NCBI GenBank assembly: GCA_051294905.1
Contig: CM119386.1
Coordinates: 12,183,001-12,216,000, forward strand
Direction of reading: 5' to 3'
DNA length: 33,000 bases
DNA from: Botryllus schlosseri
Taxonomy: Eukaryota
Made by a program: the position numbers and the translations under genes. Numbering within the stretch: position 1 is the stretch's first letter; each line of letters opens with the position of its first letter. This document shows positions 21,100 through 33,000 of the stretch, piece by piece. Under the pieces are notes generated by a model, which had not been told where the DNA came from, did not search any database, and saw nothing but the letters and a program-made list of their open reading frames with translations.

Positions 21100-22003
21100 C
21101 TGGGGTGTCAAACTCAAGTTGCGTCGCGTGCCGGATTCGAACCTTCAAATCTCTCGCGGGCCGCACCAACCAGTCAACTTATTCGACTTTGTTTCTTCAT
21201 GCCCTATCTATTCACTTGAATACTTTACATAAAGTATATAGCCTACAGATAATAGTATATTGCATTGTATACAGCACCACGAATCGCATGGATTTTATTC
21301 TAACAAGTAGCAACAACTTTTTTCGCTGACAACGGAATTGGCAAAAATACCATAATTGGCCGGTTGAATACGGATATGAACCGCTAAAACACTGACGCTA
21401 ACGGCGATATAAGTTGACTTCTTTTTATGCTGCCTCTCCTTTAGTTGTAATCTGACGTTAGCCCTGTGTGTGACGAGTGACGACTACAAGAGATTGAACT
21501 GTAAACGCGGACGTTGGAGATTCGAGATTCGGGTTTCTGTGGAGGCTGTGCCCCTTTTGAGTAAGACGTGACACCGCATTGCAACCAAAGATATTTGTAT
21601 TCTATTTATGTACAACTAAATATATTTTACATGTAAAGTGCATACAGAGGTCTCGCAATGGCGTTCTCATTTCAGTGAATAATTATGATTTTTGTCTAGT
21701 TTTCCATGAAACTCTAAACTTAGCATGGACTTATTGCCTTCTCGAAATTGGGTTACAATGTTGCCGACTTGTTCCCAATGGAAACTAACTAGTAAAACTA
21801 CAACATTGCAGTCAAGTGGTAATAGTGTGGCCCATATAGACAATGGACATGCTCGATATTTGCTGTCTTGAGGGATTATTTGATGAAAGCATTTCCTACA
21901 AAAATTCTCAACATTTGTTACAAATGCGCATGTTTCAATCTACTCGGAATTGCTCCGTGGGCTGGATGAAATGGTCTGGCGGGCCGTATGTTTGACACCC
22001 CTG
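21100..22003. mobile_element. Older hAT (Charlie/Buster-like) non-autonomous element or two fragments
   Basis: CTGGGGTGTCAAAC at 21100 and GTTTGACACCCCTG ending at 22003 (13 of 14 inverted), each with a nearby CGGGCCG motif. Flanks do not form a TSD. Confidence 0.5.
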
Positions 22004-23339
22004 TTCTAGATCTAGTATATTTTCGAAAGATATACAGTGACGAACAGAGTCCTCGTCACTTATCCGACATTCCGTCGAGCATTAGGTCCGCATTATCATC
22101 GACAAAGATAACGCTCAATCATCATCATAAAAAGGGGATTTCAAACCACTTGAGTCAGTTTATCATATCACCTGTCGCCATATATTAGGTTGGTAAGCTC
22201 GCTCTCAAAATATTATGTTATTTGGCGAATAAATCGTCACAACATTTGAATGGTGTCGGTATTTCTAATTGACGTCCCATTTGTTGCAAATTATTGTCCG
22301 TTCATATTATAAACCTTATATCATAGATGCGAGGATTGCTTCTAAAGGTCGCATACTTGGTATTTCTCTTTGCTGTGCCATTTATAACAGGTCTTATAGC
22401 CGTAAGAACACACATATATATATGATATAACGTCAATACATCACAACTCGTCGGTTTGATTCGCCAGATCTGCACTGTCAAACATTGCACCATGCACTTA
22501 CGCGGAATCAAAAGTTGAGTCAGTCCGTCTTATTATGTTTACAGTCAGTACTCCATCGGAGCTAATGCTCTCGGTAACGCTTACGAAAACTTTTCAAGAC
22601 ACCGCCTTTCACGAAATGCGATGATAGTTGTTTCAACCCAAATCAAATACCAATTAGCGGTCATAGTCCCATTGCTGGTATGACCATTACGCCCTGGACA
22701 ACTAAAGAGGTGTTTGCTTGAGGCTAAACGTCGATGCAGTGCAATATATTAAAAAGCGATTGAACTGTCAAACTGTGTAAATATAAGCATAGGCGAATTT
22801 AGCAAAACGTTAGTTATCATTTATAAATAACGATATACCGTAGTATCGTGGCCCATCAACAGCGGAGCTTAAATCTGAAATATCAATCGCCATGAATAAC
22901 ATTATTAATCTGCAATGCGTTTGTGTATGATCTAATAACGTCGAAATTCAGATATGCATGACGTGTCGCTGCAACAAATCCCCAAACCGACCGTTACGGA
23001 GCGGTTTTCCTAATAACTTCACATTGGTGAAGAGGATATTGGATCTTTGGTTCAAAGACTTTGGAAATGTGATGGCAAGCTATAAGGTCCGAAGGAATAA
23101 ACTAAGACAGTATATAATTGATATTCACTGCTAAAATTTAGATATCCGTGGTTGTTTGGGGGATAACCATATATACCGACATGTAAAGGAACACGTCAGT
23201 GACACATAAATCTTTGATTGCCTCTACAACGAATCGACAACATATTCTAATTCGAATCTGCATTCACCCAATATTTTGATATTTCAATTTGAATCGCTGC
23301 TACGTCACAATTGCAAATTGGCTAAAACAGAAACAAACA

Positions 23340-23412
23340 AAAGACAGATTAAAACGTGTTTTTAAACAAAGGTTATGTTTCAAACGTGTTTGTTTTAAAT
23401 TGATTCTTGTTT
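23340..23412. repeat. AAAAC/GTTTT-rich dispersed repeat fragment, similar in inverted orientation to ~5205-5260
   Basis: Reverse complement AAAACAAGAATCAATTTAAAACAA...CTTTGTTTAAAAACACGTTTT versus AAAACAAAAACCAATTCAAAACAA..CCTTGTTTAAAACATGTTTT. Both are low complexity. Confidence 0.45.
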
Positions 23413-23497
23413 TAAATGCAGCCCCATTGATTCTACTGTTGATATATACAAAGTTCTGTCGAATTCTCTGCCCCTGACGAGTGTCAGCCGAAGGTAG

Positions 23498-24954
23498 TTG
23501 GGTTTATGCCCAGATGATATTCCAGTCTTTATTCTGAAAGAGATCATATATACAATATTACCTATACTCACTAAACTGATCAATAAATGCTTCGAGCTTG
23601 GGATCTTCCCGCATATTTTGAAAGTAGCCAGAGTCACGCCTGTTCTGAAGAAAGGCAATCCTAAAGATCTCACCAATTATAGACCAATCTCTATTTTGCC
23701 TATTGTTTTTAAATCATAGAAAAATTAATACTTAAAAGGCTAACTTGCTTCGTTGAGAAATTTAGCATAACATCCAGAAAACAATTTGGTTTCAGAGAGC
23801 GTCACTCAACCCAGCATGCAGTTATAGATAGTATAAATAACATCTCTAAAAACCTTTTCAATAATCTATCCACCATCTGCATCTTTCTAGATCTTAAAAA
23901 GGCATTTGATACAGTGGATAGATCAATACTCTTGGAGAAATTATCTCACTATGGAGTTAGGGGTAACATGTATCAGCTACTACAGTCCTATTTACGTAAT
24001 AGATGGCAATTTGGTAAAAATGGTGAAGTCTCAACAGATAAGCTCGAAATTGAAATGGGTGTACCTCAAGGATCAGTTCTGGGTCCTTTCCTATTTTTAA
24101 TTTATACTAATGATATAGACAATGTATCGGACTTCACAATTCAACTGTTTGCAGATGATACATCTCTCATGCCCTCATGTTGTAATACAGCTGACCTTGA
24201 GTATTCATGTAATTCAAATCTAATAAAAATATATGACTGGATGTGTAGCAATAGACTAACAATAAATACTTCAAAAACACACTGTATGTTCTTTGGTAAA
24301 GGTACTCCAAAAGACATAGTACTGAAGCTCAATAATGAAAGACTTACTTTCCAGACGTCTCTATCTTATCTTGGCATAATTATAGATAATAAGCTATCCT
24401 GGGGTGATCACATTAAATCAATTTGCATTAAACTATCGAAAGCCATAGGAATCTTAAGAAAAGTTCGTTTCCTATTACCACTTTCCACACGACTAACAAT
24501 ATATCACACACTCTTCCACTCGCATTTGACTTATGGGGTCGTATTGTGGGGTTCAGCTAAAGCCAAATACTTGAATCGGATTAAAAGCCTGCAGAATAAA
24601 GCAATTAAATTGACTTGTCTCGCCAATCGCAGAGATAGTGTAAATCCTTTATATAGTCGCTTGAACATCTTAAAAGTTGAAGATATCCACTTTTATGAAA
24701 TAGATAAGCTCATGCATGGCTACTACAATGAGAGCCTACCAAAAATCTTCCTAGACTATTTCACTCATCTTACCAGTCACCATTCACACAATACCCGAGG
24801 CTCTTCTATGAATCTATTCTTACCCCGAGAACATCCTAAGACTATCAGTTTCCAAGGTCCTCGTATATGGAACTCCATTCCACCCCATATTAAAGATAAA
24901 CCACTCCATATCTTTAAACAAATGTTTCACGAATATCTTGTAGGAAAAATATGA
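23498..24954 (+). pseudogene. LINE ORF2 reverse-transcriptase fragment with one frameshift near 23710
   Basis: ORF 23498..23719 (…NYRPISILPIVFKS*) continues in another frame as IIEKLILKRL…QFGFRERHST…, which runs into ORF 23914..24954. The endonuclease domain is absent. Confidence 0.9.
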
Positions 24955-25012
24955 ACATTCTTTATAAATGTGTCAATCAGCATCACTTTGCCTAGTTTGT
25001 TTTCATGTAGCC

Positions 25013-26204
25013 CAGGGGTCTCCAACACGCGGCCCGCGGGCCGCATGCGGCCCGCGAGGTCCTATTTTGCGGCCCGCGACCTGATTTGAAAAAAATTCAA
25101 AAAAACGCTTAGTAAATCATGTTGAAACGCTAAAATTGATTTCAGTTGAAACATAATGTTGTTGTTTTTCAAAGTGAGCCATTCTATGTGCCCACTATCA
25201 CTATTACTCACTAGTTGATACGGCTTCGGCATGGTAATATCATTCCATGGATGAAGAATTTGCTGGTACGAATGGGCATATTGCCTTGACGTGCAATGGC
25301 CCACCACTGCCAAGACCGAGACGCCTGCAAAACGACTTCGGGCGCTCCAAAAGACCATGCTTTACGAGGAGATAGTTGTCTAGCAAGTAGGCCTACCGTG
25401 TATAGCTAACCCCAATATTGATTCTTCAATCCATGGGTGGCCAATCTGCAGCAGTAGAAGGAAAATTATGCGGCTGTCGACACTTGTAATAACAACCCTA
25501 AGTTTTCGCAGATACCCCCTGCATCAGCTGTATCTGGAAATCTGATCACATTGGCCGAGAAAGGATAAATATTTTATAGTAATATGTGAAACTATACTAA
25601 TATTTATTGACGAAATTCACTCATGAACATGAAAAATTTTTCGCGCTTCGCGCGACTACAGATTGGTTCTCTGTGGCTCTTTACAACATAACTACTAACG
25701 ATTTAGTGCGCATAGTAAGCCGATATGTGCATATAGATTAGTTCGGAGTGTACCGGCAATGGACATTTGGACATGGACATGATAACGTGGGTATTTGGCC
25801 CCAGCTAGTTTATCACGACTAACCACCGGTATGCGGCCGCAGGCTACATGAGTACGCGAAATGCGGCCGTGAATTACAAAAATGTCGGCCACCCCTGTTT
25901 TAGCGGCTAAAGAGTGTTGTCATTGTCAGGTATTGTGTACAGCTCATAGTCCAAAATATTATGACATTGATGATCATGATACTTTTTGTTGTATTTGTGT
26001 TTGTTCAATAAAATATTAGTTCTTTTGTGGTGACTATAACCGTCGCCTATGTTAGAAAGCACAGCGTTGTAATAACGTAGAGTTATCAGACGTGGTTGTT
26101 GAACTGCGTTGCCTACTTTTATATCGATATTGATGTCATGCGGCCCGCGGCCTCCAGGAATTTGGAAAAGTGGCCCGCGACCTATTTTGAGTTGGCGACC
26201 CCTG
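25013..26204. mobile_element. Non-autonomous hAT (Charlie/Buster-like) element with GCGGCCCGC repeats, inserted in the LINE 3' UTR
   Basis: TIR CAGGGGTCTCCAAC / GTTGGCGACCCCTG (13 of 14); exact TSD ATGTAGCC at 25005-25012 and 26205-26212. Confidence 0.92.
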
Positions 26205-27533
26205 ATGTAGCCAGTGCAATTGTTTTATCTCGTCTATTCAGGTTACCTACTGTGATCCCACTTAGTTTTTCATCTGTTTCTGATACATTGTGAATATGTT
26301 ATATTTTTTGCTTGCAAATGTGTTATGTTATGTGATAAGTTTCATATTGCAACCATCCTTTCAGGCTGTAGCTGACTTGATGATCTCCCGATCCCTTCGC
26401 TACAGCCTGGTTCTGAATTATATATACTTTGCTTTGTATTTATCTATCTGTGTATTATCAATGTTCATGGACCGAATAAATTCTCTCTCTCTCTCAATAT
26501 AAATTTTTTATTCAATTGTATTTTGAATTTCTGTGCCTCCAAGAGTTTCTTCAAATACGCCAACGTCAGATGAACATAACCAAATATAACTCTTGCGGCA
26601 TATGAGCAACAGTGATTAGTACATACCATCAACACTTATTTCTCACACTATTCCATCATGAATTATTATTTACATATCCGAATGCCGGTGTGAATATTTG
26701 GGACAAAGATTTCTTTGTATGAATCGCCGATTCAAACCATACTTTCACGAACGTAAGCTGACTCGTGGCGTGCATATCCAGGATAAGCGTATGATCGCGC
26801 TGAGACATTGTGGAATTTTAATCACCCGTAATCCGGCAAATCCCAGCTTGCCGCTGTACTTGCCGCGTAATGTTTATAATTTAATGGATTTGTACCCACT
26901 TCCGGCAAAGCTGGAAAAGAATTAGATGAATGCCCATTGTTAACTCTAGTTCGTGATTGGTGTAGATTGCACCCAAACAAAACAAAGGATTAGATAATAG
27001 TTTTGACGCAGCGTAGCTTCCGTTTGCTGGTGTACCCTCCATCGATCTGAATTCACCTGCCCTCCTTCCGCAATATCAGGACCTATTTTCTACGACAGCG
27101 GATATTCATCGTGATAATAATTGTATTTTTAGATTACAATGGTAATTTGCATCAGGCCGATATTCTTTATTTTCATCCCGTATGTGCCGACTTATAGTAC
27201 GGCCCATTCTAGGCTTTTTAAGGCTCCCCTTGCGGGGACCATATGGCGAGGTATTAGCATCGATCCTTTACCAAAAAAGACAAGAGAAAGACCCGATGAA
27301 GGATAAATACAAGGAAAATAATGACAAACGCGAGAAAGCGTAAAAAACTGAGGTCCGACAGATCGAGATCGCACACTGATACGTCTGGCATCAATGGTAT
27401 CACTAACAGTAGGTTGACATGGACAGTGTACTTCGTCGTTTCGACACTCATCGTTCTATCTCTTCATCAAATCGTATTGCGTCTTGTGTATCGTTTTATA
27501 CATTGTGCGTCTTGAGCGGTTGAATGTAGTACA

Positions 27534-28839
27534 CAGAGGTGGTCAGTAACGAAGTATTTCTACTTTTCGAAAGTACTTAAGTATTTTCAATCTACTTCTG
27601 GTACTTACTCAAGTAGATCTGATTCTCTCTACTTCTACTTCTACTTCGTAATATTCCGCTATCTACTTACTTACTTTTCGCTATTTCCACTTTGTCAAGT
27701 AGAAGTAGTTAAATTTTCCAATACGAAAGATATAGCCTGAGGAATTTCGGGGCTGTTTTCACGAATTACCAACATTAAATATTCATAAAAGTCAAGTAAA
27801 GCCCAGAAATTTGTTTGCGTTTCGCGCACAGTAGTTTGTAGTTATGTAGTGACAAATATGTTTTCACGAAAGTATCAGTGTATATAATTTAGGTACCGGA
27901 TTGCTTGGTTCTCCTCACACCGCATTGTCGCCCATATCAAATATTTCATTACAGTAAATGTGACCCACCATAACGTTTGAAACTATGGTTTCGTATAATC
28001 TAGGAATTGCCTATCACATCGTAATATAGGAGCTCATGACGTGTCCTGCTAATCTGGAAAATTCGGCTTTTTTTAACGTTACACCTGTTTTTGCTGATCA
28101 CCTTTGAAGCTTTATGGACAAATGACATGAAATATATTTTCTAGTTTTTTAGAAATGGTATTTGTATTTCACTTTCAATTCGAAATATCATACTTGAAGT
28201 TATAATTACTTTCAGTTCTTTTGTCTGCAGAACATGCATATTGAAGCATAAAAGCAAGTGTAGCATAAAAGCAAATGCCTCTATATTTTACGAAAATATT
28301 GCTACACTCAGTATAAATTTTACGATCCACAATATTTGGTATTAACGTATACTAATCGCACAAAGTGTTGAAACCATATCCGATATAACTTCTATGTATT
28401 GCTCTTCGCCTAAACCTGGGGCCTTATGATATGTGGTAGTGTGCCATGCCATGATGTTCTCAAAAACGGGGTATTCCAGTAAACAAAAGATTGGGATCGT
28501 ATTTTCATGTCAATACTATAATTTGCACCCAATTATGTGAAAGAATGCTTATTCTGTCGCAATTTGATACCTCCTGAGATGAATCAATACAAATCAAGGT
28601 CTCAGCACCTTCCGCATAGCTCAATTTGCAGCTTTCGACAGTCAATGCGAACGAATTAAGACTGTTCTCAAAACAACTTACTCATTTGAGTAGATTTAAA
28701 GTCAGTCAATTCTGCTTCTACTTCAAGTAGTTTTAGTTGGCTTACGGAAGAAGTACTTCTACTCGTACTTGCGTAGATTTTTTCGTCGCTACTTCTACTT
28801 CTACTTGAGTAGCTTTCTTGGCTACTTTGACCACCTCTG
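27534..28839. mobile_element. Non-autonomous hAT-type element with CTACTT/AAGTAG subterminal repeats
   Basis: 12-bp TIR CAGAGGTGGTCA / TGACCACCTCTG; exact TSD GTAGTACA at 27526-27533 and 28840-28847. Confidence 0.92.
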
Positions 28840-28873
28840 GTAGTACAACTGATGATTAATGCATAGGATTTAA

Positions 28874-29405
28874 CAGGGATGCAATGACTCGAGTTATGAT
28901 TTTTGATAACTCGACTCGACCTGGGTCAATTTGTACATTGAATTGACGTGTACTCGATTCATTGTTCATCACAAAACCGAGACTTGATACTTGACCAAGA
29001 TTTGAGACTTGACCGAGACTTGAGACTATTGATAAGGGGCACAGGGAAAGTCTTCGAGGTTTCAAATTCTTTACTGCAATGAATGTAGTTTTGAAAGCAA
29101 TACTCAAGTTCAGTACCGCCAGTCATATATTCACGACCGAGACTATAGAGACCGAGACAGGCATTTCATTGTGACTTCAAAGAATTGTAAAGTTACCACA
29201 GTATTAGTATTTCGTCGGTCAGTACTGTCAGTACTCGAAAAATAGGGCCCAAACTGTTAAGATTATGAATGCGACCCATTCAATATCGCTCAAGCAGAGC
29301 TGTAAAAGAGCTGTTGAACATGATTTGAACGCAAACCTGAAAAGTGAACACAATGACTTCGACTCGGACTCGAGTCACGATACTGTGACTCGGAGTCCAC
29401 CCTAT
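28874..29405. mobile_element. Diverged, truncated second copy of the GACTCGAGTC hAT family, inverted relative to 6525-7120
   Basis: Begins CAGGGATGCAATGACTCGAG, matching the reverse complement of the 7120 end (CAGGGTTGTAATGACTCGAG). Collinear similarity through CATTTCATTGT, CAGAGCT and GGACTCGAGTC. The far TIR was not found. Confidence 0.75.
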
Positions 29406-32400
29406 GCCGGGCAACTTGGACAAGCAATCGAATCGATTCGGTATAATGTCCAATCATGTGATTTGCAAACGAATCGAATCGCGATAAATTCCTTATACTT
29501 ATACGACACTGCTCTCGCGAAGCGGTTTTCAGAAGCGATTCGAAAGACATACATAACAGGCGCTACAAAATACATCGGTGTGGTCTTATGAAAGATGCCC
29601 CGGGCCTATACGATAACTTAATTTATCGTAGGCCTTGCCTCCCCTTATAATGCGGCGATGCAATTTTCGTACCAATATTGAAATCTATAGGATCGCTTCC
29701 TTGATGTTTCGACTACACGCCTCTGTAGTATACAGATTCTTAATATTGAACCTTGAGCTGGAAAATTAGACATAGGCCGTTGGTTGCTAAACATCTTAGT
29801 TATCTGCCGAATTTAAACATAAAAGCTGTAACTGATGCAATCGTAAATTTTACTTCGCCGACATATGTAAGTTTGACTGCTGTCATAAACATTTTTGAAT
29901 GCAAAGTGTTGCTGGAAATGCTGTTGTCTTACATGTGCGCTGGTATGTGTTCTATTGAAAGGATACGATGTGGGTGGCGCACATATATTAGTAATTCGTT
30001 TCCCGAGATCCGTGCTTTGCGCGGCTTAAGTTTTTCTCATTTGAGCCGGAACGGAATCTTCATATCGGTTGATTCCACATGCCGGTTAGCGGCGGCATTG
30101 GGAAATAGTGGAATGTAGGAATGAACGATTTTTTTAAATACCTGATTAGACTTTAAATGAATTTGAATGATTTATTTGATTTTAAATGGACTGTGATTCG
30201 ATTGTTTTCATTCTTGCGTATGATGACTATAAATCCACTTCAATTCCACACCCATTTTCAAGTTTTCGCGTAGGCGACTCTGCTATGTGTTCCATACTGG
30301 TTTCGCTGCAATGCTTAAGATTTTGGTAGTAACATGACGACCGTCACTTCAGTGGGAGAATGCAATAATGAAACGTGACTACTTTATCGTGACAGTTTTT
30401 TAAGTGTATATTTGTAATTGTGTATGGATGGGTGAACTACAAAACAAAACACACTGAACTGCTGTCCTGCGCTATGCTGTGAAAGTAACAGCGGTATTAT
30501 TAACACGCTCCCTGACAACAAGATCGCAAATACCTCACATTCAAATGATAAATGCAATTAGCAGTAATCGATCCAGGCAGTTTCCACTATATAAGGGACT
30601 GCAAAGTATATAAATGTTGTTAGCTTTCTCTCTCCTTCCCATTACTTTCCTGCAGTCACGGGAAAGTCAAACGCTAGACATGACCCAACCTTAAACTATT
30701 GAGAAATCCCTGAAGTCAAGCTCTCGACCCACCATCTCAGTCTGATTCCGTGATTGTATAACAAGTGGGGCATACACGCAACAAGTGTTGGCAGTCAGCA
30801 AAATTACATACAGATTTAGATAGTCCACAAATTACAGCATTGAAATGCACAAGGCATGATAATTTGAATAATCTTTCATTTCAAATGTCACTTTCAATAT
30901 GCTTTGTTTTATTCAACAATAATTAATTTTTCAGCAGAAAATGACTGGTTTGTTCGGCTGTCGGCATTGCGTGATCGCCTCCTATGCAGCAATCCGTTTG
31001 CCCCATAAGTCGGATCCTTTATAGTTGGTCTAACTAAACCATATTCACAGTGATCGATGAGTTTGCGATATTCCGGAACTTTGCGATTACAGCCAACGTT
31101 TTGGACAGTTTGATGCATAGGAAAATGATAAGCCTATATCAATATTAGATGAAGTCAGTATTGTAGTGTTTGGGTTCCCAATAAGATGTGGTAAAATGCC
31201 GAAATCTTATTTGCAATTTCACATATTGTATCGCGTCCTGATTACTCCTGTACTGAGTGTGAATAATAATATACCATCATTGTGTAATGTAAGTCAGCGA
31301 ACGCAGCGACCAATTCATTTTAAACATCTTGCAGTCAGTTTCTCTTTTAGGGATTATTCATCATGTGACACACCTTGTGGACTTTTCTAATACTATAATA
31401 ATTCATAGTAAACACACTTCACCAACAATACCATATATATTAGAAAACGTTTTACAATTTTCAGTAGTCGCCGAGCGAATTCCGCATGCTTCTCAGATTG
31501 CCAAACCGAAATAGTACACCTGCTCCGTAGTCTGCAAATCGCGTGCCTGTGAAAAGACAGAGTACAGTGGCGTGGAATTCCGGTGTTAATTTCGCCGGTG
31601 GGCTATTCAAGCGGAAACCGGTCCAGCAGTTCGTTTCTGAGTTAGATAAAACACACTCAAAATGCGATAGTTACAGCGGTTGCAGATGAGGCATCCTGTG
31701 TTATCTTGGAACCCGCCAATTGTTCGGGTAATCTTATAGCTGCATTGCACACACAATAGGTCGGCATTTATGAAGAAATTAACGCGATTGTTGTTTCAGG
31801 GATGTGCACACTGCACACACACAGTTCCGCTTACAGATATGTTCGACTATATTCTTGGACATTGCGCGCTCTTCAAACGCGTTGTCCTGGGCGCCATCAC
31901 TAGCAAACTTGACTCGCATACATTGCCTAAACCACGGAAATTAGATTCCAAATCTTAGCCTCCCGTTTTATTTTTCACATTAATGAGCTTCCAATCTTGA
32001 CCATTCATATCGCCACAGAAACAAATATGACATCTGCTGCATTGAGGGTGCAAATAAAAATTTCACGGTCTAGAAAATTGTTTGTATCTTTTAAGTTGTT
32101 CTGTAACCACGCATAGCTAAGTTGACCTGCGTCGTACTTGGGAATGTTGCGTAGCACGCACCGCAGATTCCCTCTACGCCCTATATCGCGAAGTGTGAAA
32201 TTCCATTGGAATGGATCAGGCTTAATTGGTCGAAGTCACGCGACCACAATGATTATGGGCAATAGCGCACTAGCTTGCGGAATTTTTTTCACAAGTGCAA
32301 TAACCATGTGTCTATATGGGAGTGTATATACATGAAATTGACACCAAAAGAATGGGCGCAGATTCGAGTCTTAGTTTCAGATTACGACTTTTTTGAAATA

Positions 32401-33000
32401 TAGATACATTTTACGTATATGCATATGCCTCTTCATTTTAGCTGCTTGCGTGTTCTCACTTCTTCTTTTTCTATTCCCCTTTGCGTGCGCAATGTACATA
32501 CCTCATTAAAATGCGTTTTCGTTTTATAATTCTCTTGCACTATCATCATCATCATTTTAATACAATCTATATCAAATCGATATACCACAAGATTGCATGT
32601 TATAATGGGCGTTTGATTGATACACTCGCCTAGGCCAAATTGGCACAGTCGTATCTTTTCATTGCATTGTGTTTTTTTTACACATGGCCATATTAATGAT
32701 AATGACATACAGATTACGAAACGTCGCTATAAATGTTTCCTAATGCGCCAGACCAATCTCATATTTAATCGTTTTGCTTGATGTTGCTCAATATTCCTAA
32801 GCAGTTTCACGACTTGGCAGGGAATAAACCCCTTCACATATGCTCCTTCACTGGTGCGTGAATATAGGGTCGGTGAAAGATCATTTACAGAACCATACAC
32901 ACCATAGGTAACGTTTGTGAATTGATCAAGCAAGACCGATTTCATCATATTTCGTTCCGATGGTGGTACGAAATATTTTGAAGTTTAAACGCATGTGGTC

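Larger units (their letters stand above)
23490..26495 (+). mobile_element. 5'-truncated CR1-group (L2/Crack/Daphne-like) LINE, interrupted by a hAT element
   Basis: RT motifs PDDIP, NYRPISIL, QFGFR, FLDLKKAFDTV, GVPQGSVLGP and LFADD, then HNTR...GPRIWNSIP. The 3' UTR resumes after 26212 with a stem-loop, AATAAA and a (TC)n tail. The 5' limit is approximate. Confidence 0.88.

Noticed and set aside
25432-25897. Nested hAT (CATGGGTGGCC ... GGCCACCCCTG) inside the 25013 element
   Set aside because: 11-bp imperfect inverted match with no TSD. Possible but unsupported.
29603-29634. Hairpin GGCCTATACGATAA...TTATCGTAGGCC as a Helitron 3' end or terminator
   Set aside because: No downstream CTRR terminus and no other Helitron evidence.
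26500-33000. Short ORFs in the right-hand end (e.g. 27321..27515, 29753..30118, 30909..31118, 32727..32948)
   Set aside because: No recognisable domains and no consistent exon chain could be built.

Overview
Eukaryotic (animal) genomic DNA, AT-rich with no obvious CpG depletion. The left ~17.6 kb holds a minus-strand, multi-exon integrin alpha subunit gene with an inserted alpha-I (vWA) domain. I joined 20 exons by hand with GT-AG boundaries and consistent phases: 2975 nt, about 991 aa, covering signal peptide, beta-propeller, alpha-I, thigh and most of calf-1. The calf-2, transmembrane and GFFKR exons were not found and probably lie beyond the left edge. An alpha-I integrin with this compact, invertebrate-like gene structure suggests a tunicate (ascidian), which is an inference. 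Introns and the right half are rich in transposon-derived DNA: five non-autonomous hAT-type elements with 8-bp target-site duplications (TSDs), each with its own subterminal short-motif array; two palindromic TTAA-flanked (Kolobok-like) MITEs; and a 5'-truncated CR1-group LINE interrupted by one hAT element. I saw no tRNA, rRNA or CRISPR array and no clearly novel multi-gene system. The most unusual items are a gapless 174-bp inverted duplication carried inside a hAT element, an acidic Cys-containing insertion in the alpha-I domain, a ~490-nt foldback MITE beside a splice donor, and a speculative small divergent gene.
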